A DNA stretch of 64,000 nt from Yuukianura sp. NJ FZ-2021 (taxonomy: Eukaryota). Positions 25,113 through 37,644 of this stretch are shown piece by piece (position 1 is the stretch's first letter; the number at the start of each line of letters is the position of its first letter). Position numbers and translations under genes: made by a program. The notes under the pieces were generated by a model. The model did no database searches. It was not told where the DNA came from and saw nothing but the letters and a program-made list of their open reading frames with translations. The DNA lies in contig CM102286.1 of NCBI GenBank assembly GCA_046563655.1, positions 9,238,001 to 9,302,000 of the forward strand. Direction: 5' to 3'.

Positions 25113-25560
25113 CGAAAGGCCCATGCCAATAACACACAAGAGCCAAAATTCCATTTACTTGTAATGCGCGCGAAAGGCCCATGCACTTAACACATGAAAA
25201 CCAAAATTCCATTTACTTGTAATGCGCGCGAAAGGCCCATGCACTTAACATGTACAAGCAAAAGCACAAATTTGGAAACAATAACGCCTATTACCCAGCG
25301 TTTAAATCATCACCAGACCTGTCAAAAATACTGCGCTTCCCATGCCTGTAATATTAACAAAATCAATATTTCGAGTCTTTTTGTTACTAAATATTTATTT
25401 ATTTGACCGCGCCCGTAACGTTAAGTTAGGAAATATTTCGACATTTTCACTAAAAATTACCGTTTAGTACAATGCGGTGTAAAGTCCCATGCACTTAACA
25501 TACAAACTAAAAATTACCGTTTACTAAAATGCGGAGTAAAGTCCCATGCAGTTCACACAT
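25113..25560 (+). repeat. Short tandem repeats (~54-56 bp units) in the LTR element leader
   Basis: ccaaaattccatttacttgtaatgcgcgcgaaaggcccatgcacttaaca is repeated, with related units at ~25450-25560. Confidence 0.75.
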
Positions 25561-25937
25561 GAAGCAAAACTCTCATTAATCGGTTCTTTTTAATTTACGG
25601 TGTACTATTCTTTTTAACTTCGTTGTGCTAATTCTTAAAGTTATTTATTAATTATCCGGATATATATTTATTTGTATTTCGGGTCCAAAAACATCCAAAG
25701 CAAAGAACAAACCCGCGGCTTTATTCGGAATCCGTTAATTGAAAAATTATGGTATAACACAAATTTTCCAAACAGAATTCGAAAACCACTTTACAAAGTG
25801 ACTTTGGTTATTAAATTTTACTTTACTCGGTAACCGTATTATAATTGTGTCCAACTCTGAAAATCATAGAAACCGGCTTGTGCTAAACGTCTGTGAATGA
25901 AAAAAAAAGACTAAGCTAAACTAACGTGTCAAACTCG

Positions 25938-26340
25938 TATTCGCTTAGAATCCCCATTCACTTTGTACACACCATGCAAATCCTATTCGCTTAGAACCTC
26001 CATGCACTTAGTACACGCCATGCACATCCTATTCGCTTAGAACCTCCATGCACTTAGTACACGCCATGCACATCCTATTCGCTTAGAACCTCCATGCACT
26101 TAGTACACGACATGAAGATTCTATGTGCTTAGAATCCCTATTCACTTTCTACAGGAGATGCAGATCCTATGCGCTTAGAATCCCCATTCACTTTGTACAG
26201 GACATGCAGATTATATGCGCTCGGAACACCAATTCACTTTCTAAACAGCATGCAAATCATATGCGCTCGGATCTTCCATTCACTTTCTACACAACATACA
26301 AACTCATATTTGCTTAGACCTGGCATTCACTTCCACTACA
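25938..26340 (+). repeat. ~46-bp tandem repeat (about 8-9 diverging copies) in the LTR element leader
   Basis: Unit ctattcgcttagaacctccatgcacttagtacacgccatgcacatc and variants. Confidence 0.8.
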
Positions 26341-27338
26341 ACAAACAATACTTCCACCATTCCCCTGCGCTTAGCCCCTTGGCTAACCAATGTAGGTTTT
26401 GGCTGGAACACAACTGGTTAGAACAATACCGAAAATCGAGAAGTTATGATGGAATCCTAAGAAATCGTGTGTTAGGAAAATATACTTGGTATATTTAAAA
26501 GTAATGGTTGGAAAGTATATTCTGTCGTTAGGATAAGCGCCTTGGATTTTCATCTCACCATCACTGTTGTCAAATTTCAACCTAAATGTTCTGTTAGGTT
26601 AATAACATACGGAGTCTTTTCGAACTTCATGTTTTTTGTCTGATTTTAGCCAGAAATACACCGATGCCAAATACCTAAAAAAAAAAAAACTTAGATTCAT
26701 GTATAGCCCATGCGAGTTCAAAATAGGCAGCTTCAGTTCTGTGGCAGAATGTCCTATCTAATTGTAAAATACCCGTGCCATAATTTTTTATGTCAAAGGT
26801 CAACCGCTACTACGTTTACCACCATTCCTATTGGCATCATTTTCAACAGGGCTGAATTCCTAGCTATTTATAAAGCAAGCCAAACATAGAGACATGCCCG
26901 TTTATGGCTAAGCTAAATAATTTAGAGGCAAAAGTTTTATTACAAAACCTTTTAATATAAACTAAAAAGACAAGACAAGACAAGAAAGCCAGCTCAAATT
27001 TAGCTCGCGTTGGACTCGTTCCAACTCCCGGGGTCTTAGTTTGGCCGTAAGCCAGTTTTTCCAAAGTAACAAGAAATGCGAATGAACTGTGCCCTGAGCC
27101 CAACAAAAAGCTAAAAATACCATCACTTTGTTGTAAGTATTTAAACGACTCCACAAGTCCGTATGGGTATTATTTAGAAATTCGGTTAGGCGGGAGGAAG
27201 ACCAACACACAAAATTCTGCAGTAGTTGTATTGTATCCTGTCAACACCATTTAACGTCTTGTACACGTTAGCATAAGTGGTAAGCACTACCAAACAAAGC
27301 GTTACACAGTAATAGATTTGGAAATTACACATATAACA

Positions 27339-28121
27339 ATGAGTTCATCAAATACACCACAACGGGAAGCCGACCCCGCCCAACGCTCATCAAAGACTTT
27401 TATTTTTCAATCAAATACTCCGAAGCCTCCATCGATCCCGCTTCCTAAATTCAGTGGCAAACCAAGAGAGGATGTTCGCAAGTTCTTAACCAGATTCGAG
27501 CTTGCAGCTTTAGGTAACTCAATCAACAGAGGTAATTGGGCTATGTATCTGAGCAATTGTTTAGAAGAAACTGCGGAGAACTGGTATCATGGGTACCTCC
27601 AGTCGCAATTAAACTTGAAACCCAGCGGCGTCCAAATAACGTATGAATGCTTGCGCGATGAGTTGTTGAAAAGCTTCGGAATCAAAGATTCGATAGCAGC
27701 TGAGGAAAAAGTCAATAATCGGAAACAATTGCTTAACGAAACCATAGAGGCATACGCTTTTGACCTACTTTCTTTACTTCAACAATTGGATCCAGCAATG
27801 GATGAAAAACGCAAACTCAGGTGCTTGATAAAAAATTTGCGACCAAACAATTTGACTCAAATGGCACTAATGCAACCAAAAACGATAAAGGATTTTCTAG
27901 ACCTAGCAAAAAATATCCAAGAAGCTAATTCAATGATTTCGGTGCAGCGCGAGATAAATGTAGTAGAACAAGCTCTTGAAGCTGCAATTCAAAATAACGA
28001 AGCAGTCCGTAATCTTTCAAATCAAGTTAACACACTTATGGCTAACTACTATAACCCACCAGATCCTACACCCCTGATGGAGGAAGGAGAAAATGAATCG
28101 TATTGGGATGACGAATATTAG
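27339..28121 (+). CDS. Retrotransposon Gag/capsid-like protein (Ty3/Gypsy, Arc-like), ~260 aa
   Basis: Motifs LPKFSGKPREDVRKFLTRFE, LEETAENWY, LRDELLKSFG and RKQLLNETIEAY (MHR-like). No CCHC knuckle. Acidic C-terminal tail. AATAAA signals follow shortly after the stop. Confidence 0.82.
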   Translation: MSSSNTPQREADPAQRSSKTFIFQSNTPKPPSIPLPKFSGKPREDVRKFLTRFELAALGNSINRGNWAMYLSNCLEETAENWYHGYLQSQLNLKPSGVQITYECLRDELLKSFGIKDSIAAEEKVNNRKQLLNETIEAYAFDLLSLLQQLDPAMDEKRKLRCLIKNLRPNNLTQMALMQPKTIKDFLDLAKNIQEANSMISVQREINVVEQALEAAIQNNEAVRNLSNQVNTLMANYYNPPDPTPLMEEGENESYWDDEY

Positions 28122-30166
28122 CAAAAAAAATGTGGCGGAATAAAAAAATAAAGTATTGCCTAATTCGCTATAGCCTAACTAACCTAACGAACTAAACACG
28201 TCGTATTGGTTGCTAATACATGGATCTAATTTGGAAAATATTGACGCACAAAAACAACACTCCTACTTACCAGATTAACGAAAACTATCTAACCAAAAAT
28301 CACTATACTAATAATAAAACCTTATCAAAGTAAAAATAGTTACATGGTCGACTTAAACCAATGAAGGAAGCCAATAACCATTGTTAAATCATAACAGCTG
28401 TAGCATGGGATTTCTAACAACTAAGAAATATTTCTTGATACAAAAATTAAATTTACAGTAAAGTTCACAACAGTTGAAAATGTACCACTGAAAAGACTCG
28501 ATTAAGGTTGAAGCCTACTCTACGGGTTAGTTACACTCATATAGAGTTTAAGCGTTATGTTATGTTTGCATTATGTTACAGCTGACAGTTCACATACGTA
28601 TTAAGCCTTTGATCACATCATAGTTAAGAATATGTTGAGTTTACACTACGACACAGTTGTCAGTTCATATACCTATTAAGCCTTTGATCAAAGCAGAGTT
28701 AAGAATAAGTGCATAAAGCCTTTGGTCGAAGACAGAACGTTTTACAAGCCTCTTCTCAGAGCACAATTTATTTAAATCCCGGCCGGGAGCGCTAGAACCT
28801 TAACCGAGTCTCAGTTGTATAAGGCTTAAGATCAAACTAAGTCGATTATCAAACCAGTAGTAAAGAAACAACACACAAATATTCCGAACTTTAAAAATTT
28901 TGGTGTTTTGTTAGCTCTAAGTGTATTCAAGAAACATAACCTAACAGATCAAACACCCGCCGCTGCAATATTGCTTAAAACCAACTCAAGCTATGTATGT
29001 TATTAATGGCTTTAATCAACCGTGTTTACTTATTCAAAATTCAAAAAGCTATGTTTCTTCTTTCAAATAATTTCACAAATTATGCAAAATTTCAATCTCT
29101 ATGTAAAAATTTGTGTAAACTAAAAACAAATCCAAAACAAATTCAGGTATTGCAATGCTTAGAACTGCCATTATATATTAGTAAATCCTGTTAATATTCT
29201 GAGCACTCCTTCACGATTGTTACTTTTAAAATAGGAAAAAATATGGCCAGTGTTAAGTTTCTTGATAGTGAAATTTGTAAATTTTCCGAAAACTATTTGC
29301 GTAATTAACTTTCTCACCTGTGAATTGAATCAGTTAAGCTACATTCATACACATAAGACTCAAGAGTACAACAATTGAATAAGCCAGAACAAGCAGCTTC
29401 TCCAATTGAACACTCCACCAAGCACTACTACTTCACAACGCCACTGTATTTCCCTGGAATGACGCAAATTTCAACCGCAAAATCAAAATACCCCAATCCG
29501 ACAATTCGATCCCTAGATCGACAAGAACTAGATTTCTTTTGACTAAAGCCAACAACAAATCCGGCGACACCCAGTTTGTATAATCCTCTATTCTATCACT
29601 AAAAGGTCTCCGGTATAAATACACATCGCAAACGTTTAATTAAATTAGGCTTAGCCAGCTAAGGAACGATGAAGCAAGAGAGTACTTCTCAACAAGATCT
29701 AAACATCACGAAAGCTGCAAGCTATAACACCATCCAACCTCGAATCAGTGGACGAAAATTATTCTCCCTCCACCTGGGTAACAATGTCAAACGTCAACAC
29801 AACAATCAAGTGGAACCTGTAACTTAGAATTAGAAACGAATTGAACATCGCTCATTCAATAAGGAAAAGTCTTTACGAGTACAAAATGTATTAGAAATCG
29901 AACTATCTAACTACGTATCTATAACGTATCTAATACAAAATATTGGTAAACTAAAAATGCCTTCGCGGAAATCTGTACTTAATCTACAAAGCTGTTAAAA
30001 CCAAAAAATTCTGAATGTACTTAGCGTTGCCACAAAATATTGGTAAACACAACAAAAATTAGTTCGTTAATATTTGTTAGAACTATGTCCTCCAGAAAAA
30101 GCTTAAGCAAATATTTGTATAGAAACTAGCAGTTTAAAAATTCAAATCGACAGGACCGGGGAGGCA

Positions 30167-30674
30167 TGTGAGCGCTCGCCACGGGCGAGACTCACAAGCA
30201 CCCGTCTCCAGTGTCACCCCATTTATGGACAGGCCTTGAGAGCTGTATGGCTGATGCAACTATGGGTGTATATAAGTAGCGATCCAGATACGGTCTGGGA
30301 CACTGTAGTAGGGCACTCTTTAGTAACACTCTGTAGTAGGAGTCAGAGACTCTGTAGTTAGGAGAATACCCAGTAGGAGTAAGAGTAGGACACACTATGT
30401 GAGACTAGCACTAAGTACTAGTTTAGGGAGTAACTGTGAGAGCATGAGTAGCCTAGGTCAGTAGGATAAGTAGGAAGCAGTAGAGAAGTGACCTCAATAA
30501 ACCATTCACCGGAGTTGGTCTGAGTATGGTCATCGGCCTTTATTGCCTCATGTACGGAAGGTCATATCTTAGAGGGAACCAGTGCACCCGCCGTCATACA
30601 GTCGAGATTGGCTCCACTGAGTCATCAGTGTGCTTCTGGAGGTATGACGACTCATCCATACCGCAGAGGTCACA
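30167..30674 (+). repeat. 3' LTR, preceded by polypurine tract (~30151-30166)
   Basis: Near-identical to 24028-24535. CAGGACCGGGGAGGCA lies immediately upstream and the TSD ATGTT follows. Confidence 0.93.
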
Positions 30675-31603
30675 ATGTTTATCAAGGCGCGTTCAGCTGG
30701 TTTTCAAAAACCTAACTAATAATGATAGACACATTCAGAGGGAAAATTTGAAAAGCAAAGGCGTCCACATGGCTCCCAGCCTTGGGACCGTCAGTTTCAA
30801 TAGTATAACCCGCATCTCTACTTCCGCACATCTTCAACATAGGGACTTTGTACGTCCGGTTCATTTCCAACTTCCCTTTTAAGACTTCCCTCTGATGAGC
30901 TTCCGTGTATACTTTCTAAAACAGTTCAAAGTTTAAGCAAAGGTTTGTTTTTGTCTGTTGGTTAGTGTTTCTGCTGCGTCCTTACTGACTCTGTGTTGGT
31001 CCTTGTGTCAAGGGATGTAAAACATGTGTACATAAAAGTAACGCCTTCCCTTTGTTATTCTTTCCCTCTCTCGTTTCATGTCATCTTCAGGTTCCATTGT
31101 TCCTTAATGAACAAAACTAATGAAAAATCTGGGAATTCCTTCATCTGTAAGGCAGAACTAACGTTTAACCGGCAAAGTCGTAAACAGTGCAGTCAAACCT
31201 TGGCATTTCTAAATCTTATTTTGAACTTGCATTTCATGACAATGGACTTATTGACTCCCGACCTCATCCTTTGTAATTCTTTTGTTCCATTGAAAACCAA
31301 CCCACCAGACGAGCAGTTTGTAACGGGTTTTCAAGTTTTTACTCAAGCACTTATTTCGTAAACAAATTCTTCACGGTTTTCCATATTCGGTGATGGAGAT
31401 TTATAAACTGTTGGACGTAATAATTTTAAATGTTTGTAATTCTCTTGTGCCAAATTTTGAATTTTCACATTTTCAGTTGACAGTTTTTCATCGGTTGCTA
31501 GAATCTGTGCAACATTTACCAATTTTAAAATAGTGGAGAAGTTTTCTTAATCTTTGTTTGGATTTAATTACAAATTAATATACGGAAAAAACTGGTTTTG
31601 AAC

Positions 31604-31861
31604 CAGCCCCCTGCAATCAGCACCATTAGCAACCAACGCAATTTTTTGTTTGTGACGTCACCAGCTGAAAAAATACCGTAATCGTGATATTTTAACCCGC
31701 TGGCATCTATGTAAACAAAATGCGGTTTGCGGGTTTCTATAGGACACCATCATTAATACGCAGAATTCCGGTATTTTTCAGCGGGTGACGTCATTTTTTT
31801 TCCACATGGCAACCAAACAAACTTTCTATCCGCACTACCTAGTAGTATTCTATTTACCTTG
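31604..31861 (-). mobile_element. ~258-bp non-autonomous DNA element (copy B), same family as 18875-19128
   Basis: 9-bp TSD GTTTTGAAC on both sides. The arms are reverse-complement homologues of the copy A arms. An internal TGACGTCA-anchored inverted repeat is present. Confidence 0.8.
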
Positions 31862-32561
31862 GTTTTGAACACTTCAAGTTTTGAGAGTGGTAAACCGATG
31901 AGGTGAAATTTGCCCGTAGATTTTATGTGATGACATTTCTAACATATGAGCCTAACCATTATGTAAATGGTGAAAATATGGTTATATAAACTCATGATTT
32001 CGAGAAAGCACAAAGCATGGTGGTGGTATTGCGAGTACTATTTCGCTGTTGGACAAGTGGTGGTCATGGCTTCCTGTGGACAGTACTATGCTCAACGTCT
32101 TTTCAGTGGTGATAAACTTGGTACTCGCCATCACCTTCATCGTTTAATCCACCTTCAACAAGCAAATGAAAAATACAAAAGAAATAATATTGTGCGGTTT
32201 GTGAGAACAAATCAGTTTAAAAAGCTTTAACTTTATAAGCATCAGGCTAATCCTTTAGTTATTTCCTCAGATGAATGAGAAGAAGAAGACTTAGCCGATG
32301 CCAAGGTTTGGGTTTTACGCGTCAGCAGTCACACTTTAACACACTTTTGATTTGATAATTCAATGTTTAGAAATAAGAAGTGGTTGTAATCGGGATGTAT
32401 CGTAGTGGGCATATTAAGTTCCCGAGTTATGAAAAGCGCGCCGCGGAAACTTTTTCGAGCAAAAAGAAACAGTCTATGCCGGTTATCTTAAAACTCGAAA
32501 CGGTTCTCCTAGAAGTTGGGAGCTTGAAGTTTAATGAAAACTTATAGAAATACGATTAATT

Positions 32562-33699
32562 AGACACTTAGGACAACTCTGCGTAAGTTTACGTTGAATA
32601 TAAAGATATTCAAACTCCTCCCCTTTTCTCTAATAGATAAACATAAACATAACCAGGGGCCGATTTGAGTTTATAAAAGCAAAAGATAAACACTGCACAT
32701 GCATATGTTTAACTCTTCTTGTTTTTCTAAAGTTTAAATTACCATTAATCAAAATGCTTAATTATATTAATTACCATTAATAATTAATCAAAATAACAAC
32801 AAATTAACAAAAATCAAAAGTGATCAGTCATCCTCATCACTGATGATTTTTCACTGATCACTGTAAGTTTTTTAGTGACCACTAAAAACTTTTAGCGATG
32901 ACTCTTCAGTGTTAACAGAAAATTTTCAGTGACTACAAATTATTCAGTAACCACTAAGATTGTCAATGGTCAGTGATGATTATTCAGTGACCAAAATGTT
33001 TTCAGTGAAAACTGACGAAAGCAAATTTTCAGTGATTACTGATGATTTCTCAGCATCCACAAACAACCTTCTAGCAAAAACTGGTCGTTTTTCAGTGACT
33101 ACCAAAACTGATGATTTTTCAGTGACTACCAAAACTAATCATTTTTCAGTGACTACCAAAACTGATCATTTTTCAGTGACTACCAAAACTGATCATTTTT
33201 CAGTGACTACCAAAACTGATCATTTTTCAGTGACTACCAAAACTGATCATTTTTAAGTGGCTACAAAAACTTTTCAGTGAACACTGGTCATTTTTCAGTA
33301 CCCTAGAACAACTTTTAATTGACCACTGGTGATTTTTCAGTGACCGCCAACAACTTTTCAGTGAGCACTGCTGATTTTCCAGTGATGATTCATGATTTTT
33401 CAGTGATCACTAAGGATTTTGCAGTGATGACTCATGATTTTTCAGTGACCAATACAAACGTTTCGTTCATCACTGATGATTTTTCAGTAACCACCAAAAA
33501 GTTTAAACTCATTTCCAATTTTCCTTAGAACAAGTAACCCTGATTCTGTAGCATGAGACACGAATGAAATCTTAAACTTATACTTACACCAGTGCTGTCC
33601 TAACTGAAGGGTCCAGTTTATGTTTATAATTATGTTTATGTTTAAAAAAGATAACCATAAACTTAAACATAAAGTTACGCAGAGTTGTCCTAAGTGTCT
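32562..33699. mobile_element. Inner TIR element (MITE/foldback-like) with internal minisatellite
   Basis: TIR AGACACTTAGGACAACTCTGCGTAA at both ends, with imperfect inverted similarity extending inward (~100 bp). A 3-bp ATT lies on both flanks. Confidence 0.75.
32820..33500. repeat. Minisatellite built on TTTTCAGTGA; homogeneous 27-bp unit at ~33090-33255
   Basis: ttttcagtgactaccaaaactgatcat repeated, with degenerate ~21-bp units on both sides. Confidence 0.85.
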
Positions 33700-36600
33700 A
33701 TTAACTCACATTAACTAAAAGTTAATAAAGACAGGATCGAGTTTTTTGAAACCAGCAAGATCACACCCGCCAAAAGATGTGTTTGAGTTGGCGCCCACTG
33801 GTTTGACTTTCGCGCGAGGAGTTTCAAGGGCGTCTCACTTTTCCTAACAAGTACTCGGGAACTTAATATGCCCACTACATACATAAGTAGTGCAAGATGA
33901 ATTAGGCAATTGAACTGAAAGGGCAAGATTGTCGAACGTTCTACTATCATTGTGGATCGCATTCACATGGTTGTAAACATCCCATGTTATCAGGAACATA
34001 ACCAGGCGATGATGACCTTTAGGCCACTCGGGCACTGTATTCAATAAACTTCGGCGTGCAGTTTTCGGGGATATTTCGTGAGTGATTGGTACACTACTCA
34101 AACTTCTCACAGACGCTGCTACTTATTGCTGTAGACAGCTCTAAAAAATAGTACCCTTTTGTCCAGTAATCAGAGGCTTTCTGGAAGAAGTTTCAGAAAT
34201 ATTGGAATTTCTGCTTCAATCTAGTCATCCGATTTAAGATTTAAAATTCGACAAAAATATGTCACATAAACGCTTGCACAGGTTCAAAGAAAAAGAAAAT
34301 ATGAAATTCGTAAACACCAGTTTCACTTTGAGTGAAAGAAAACGTCGTCTGGGTTTTACACAGTTTTTTTTTTGGAAACTTAAGTTAACTACTCTTAAGG
34401 ACCCATATCCCCTAGCAACGGGGGGTCTCGTTTCAGCTCAAATTAGTTAACTTCCAGGCCCTATAAGTCCTCACGGGAATGACTTAGAAATTTCTACAAT
34501 AACTCTAAAAATTTGTTGATACACGTGGAAGAATTATCAGGGACCAGAATTTGATATTTTGCTGCTAATCGATGCTAAAAAGACGATACAAAGTCCAATT
34601 TTGTCTAAGTATTGTATGACACCAAAATTTGGGAAATTGGTCCCTGATCATTGTGCGCCATGGTCTTCCGGATTTTTAGACACCTTAAACGCATTTTTAG
34701 GTTTTATAATAAGACACTTATAAGAAAAAATAGATGTAATTCTGACATTATTTAGCAACTCGCAAATGTCGGCACTGAAATCAACCGTCTCCATGGGCAC
34801 AAGATTGTTGTTGAGTCCTAGATTGTTTGAATTGCTATCCTACGAAAAAATTTGGTTTGTGAACTATTGGAAACAGTGCCGACTTTTGCAAGTTTGAGCA
34901 GTGATTTTGCTTTGTTACTAATGACAATGGCTGACGCCAAATCGTAAACAAACGCTGGCTCCCATCCCCCCTTAAATAAATGAATCCGCATTCCCGTTCT
35001 GGAACCTGTTTTGACAGAAAATTTAAAAGTGTAGCGTCCTCGCACCTCTACTCCAAAGAAATATGGCCGCAGCCACGCCCTCAGACTCCAAATAAACTCT
35101 GAGTCTGCAGACTCATCGACTAACCAATCAATCAGTGAACTCGCTGAATCACAAAAAAACCACATCTGCGGTCAAATATATAAAATATATTTACTAAGCA
35201 GAATAATAATCAGTACACAACAATAATCAATCATCACTAAATAATGATCTGTACTCCCTTCTCCTCTCACTCTAAATCCCAAAACCAGACTAAACTGAAT
35301 CTTTATACTTTATACAAATCCTAACTTGCTCTCCACCTTGCCTCTCTTCAAATCTCCCGCGAGCCAACTCATCATCTCATCTAACCCCTATCCTAACACT
35401 CCACTAAGCCTATGGAAGAGCAGGCGTCTCAAGAGCAGGGATTCTGACAGGCGAATTGTGTATGATACAATTCGCCTGATAAAATCCGCACTGCTAAATT
35501 TTCTATATACAATTTCTATGTAACATTTTCGTTGCCCTTTAAGAGAATTCGAGTGTCACGCTGAGTAGGTAGTTCGATTACCACTAAATACTAAAAAGTA
35601 TTTTGTGGCTTATGTATTGAAAAATGGCGCAGTGTTATAATATGAGAGTGAATGTATTCCTTGTATTTTTAAACAATTTTTTTATTAGGCCTCCGCCTCA
35701 CATTTGGGGTCCAACGATTATATTGCCAATTATAATTTCTATTCTTAGCACAAATACTAAAAATAGTGTCGGGTTGTACGCCAACACTCGCTATTAATCC
35801 CTGAGTACCAGCGGATCTGACGACAGTACTTGACAATCTCCTGGAGAAAGCGGTGAGCGTAGGAGCAGTTTCAATTAAACAAGTTAGTATATTTGCAATT
35901 CTAATTCATTTTATTCAATTTATTATTTATTTATTATTTATTTTTATCATCTATCATTTTACTATTAAACTGGGAAACCGACTCTAACTGAGTCGTTTGC
36001 ATCATTTCAGCGCAGTTTTTGCTTCGGCATTTACCTGTTGTAGCAGTTTGGTTCCGTGGCAACTCATTCGACGCAATAGGCGGCTACCTGCAAAAGTTAT
36101 TATCAATGAAAGTGGATATCCGCTTTTTTAGCATTTCGTCCAGGAAATATGCACTGGATAAATAGATAAATCCGGATTAAATCCAGTTTCCGATAGTTTA
36201 AATTGAGCTTCGTCCGGAAGAAACCAAAAAACCCGGATATATCCACCACTTTCGATGGTAGTGGAAGAAATATTCTATTCATCCATCAACACTGGTTATT
36301 ATAGTTTGTCTCTTTTTAGAAGGCACTTTTCACATCTGAAAACAATTCCAGTCGCCGTTAACATAGAAATTTTTAATTTTTTGAAATTTTGTGTACAAAC
36401 TAATTGGAGAAGGTATTTTTGAAAAACCGAGTTTTTCCATAAGCGTCGCAATGGAAAAGAAAAAATGGCCATTTAATGAAAATGACAAAAAGGGACAAAC
36501 TATAAATTTCAAAGCAACAGATATTGCAGAAAACGCCATTGTAGCTGTTTCTTTGTTTAATTTTTTAACTAATAAGTAATCAATCCGTAAAGATTGTAAA

Positions 36601-37066
36601 ACTTAGAGTTTATTGAAAAGACAAAATTTTAATAAATTAACTAATCAATAAGCTAACCAAAGCTATTACATAACGCCTCTTAAGCACTTAAACACTTAAA
36701 AAGCGGGTGTTCTATGATGTTGAAAACTTTAAAAAAAAAGTTTAAAAACAAGAATAATTTTTTAAGGTTCATTTTTCCAAGAACGCAAGAAAGGTACCCT
36801 GAAGATAATCTCTTATGGGTGGAAGTTTATTTAAAACTGCTACTTGATTGATAAACGCCAGAACGTGCCAAAAAACATTTTTTTGAAAGTTGAAACGAGT
36901 TCTAACAATGCAGATAACCAAACCCTGATACCGAAAATTTTTTGTTCATTTGCAGAGAGTAATTTCGTTCTCTTCAAGTTAATTTCTTTTGCAGATAATG
37001 TTCCGTTTATTTGGAAATTTTCAATTAACTATATGTTTTTTATATGTGAATTAGAAGTTGGCAGCA

Positions 37067-37558
37067 ATGGAAGGGGTTCGTGACATGTCTATTCCTTATA
37101 CTGAAGACGAAATTCAGAAAGTTTTGGCAAAATTACGAACTTTCAGAACTTATGACCCCGTGACGGACTCCATCGGAACAGACGACACTGTCAACTCTGG
37201 TTTGGCTCTAGGAATTGGAAACACGGATGAGCAAAATCGTGCTTACGCAAGCTACTTTGACAGGAATCACGCGGGACGCTGTAATCTGACTGACTACGAA
37301 CGACTTATGCGTTCACTCCATACAGTTGCCCTTCAAGCTGGATGGTACGCCGACATGTGCGACCTTAATAAAGATGGCGCGATCAGTAGAAATGAATTTG
37401 AGCAAATATACGAACTTATGTCTGTTCAATGGCCAGCCATTGCAGGAAAAAGCTACGATGACTTCGCTCAAGAAGCAGACACAAATCGCGACGGAATTGT
37501 CCAAATTTCCGAAATGCAAGCCTGGATCGAGAAAATGGCGGCTGAAGGAAAGCGTTGA
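37067..37558 (+). CDS. Small EF-hand calcium-binding protein (~163 aa), single coding exon
   Basis: Two canonical EF-hand loops (DLNKDGAISRNE, DTNRDGIVQISE) and a degenerate one (DRNHAGRCNLTD). An AG acceptor just upstream of the ATG suggests an upstream exon. Confidence 0.8.
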   Translation: MEGVRDMSIPYTEDEIQKVLAKLRTFRTYDPVTDSIGTDDTVNSGLALGIGNTDEQNRAYASYFDRNHAGRCNLTDYERLMRSLHTVALQAGWYADMCDLNKDGAISRNEFEQIYELMSVQWPAIAGKSYDDFAQEADTNRDGIVQISEMQAWIEKMAAEGKR

Positions 37559-37644
37559 CATATTAACATCCAAGAAAATATATTGTAGCAAGATTATTCT
37601 TCAGTTACTTAAATGCTTTTTGCAGTAACAGTTTGAAAATAACA

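Larger units (their letters stand above)
24028..30674 (+). mobile_element. Full-length non-autonomous LTR retrotransposon (gag-only), 6.65 kb
   Basis: Two 508-bp TG...CA LTRs, a 5-bp TSD ATGTT on both sides, a PBS-like sequence after the 5' LTR and a purine-rich tract before the 3' LTR. The single long ORF is Gag-like, and no pol ORF is present. Confidence 0.92.
32402..33878. mobile_element. MITE with perfect 26-bp TIRs, interrupted by a second TIR element
   Basis: GTAGTGGGCATATTAAGTTCCCGAGT (32402) and its exact reverse complement (33853-33878). Confidence 0.75.

Noticed and set aside
29240..29640. Possible second ORF (env or pol remnant) in the LTR element
   Set aside because: Multiple stops and no recognisable motif.
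34800..35450. Possible decayed LINE 3' end or 115-aa ORF
   Set aside because: Resemblance is too weak to support without a search.
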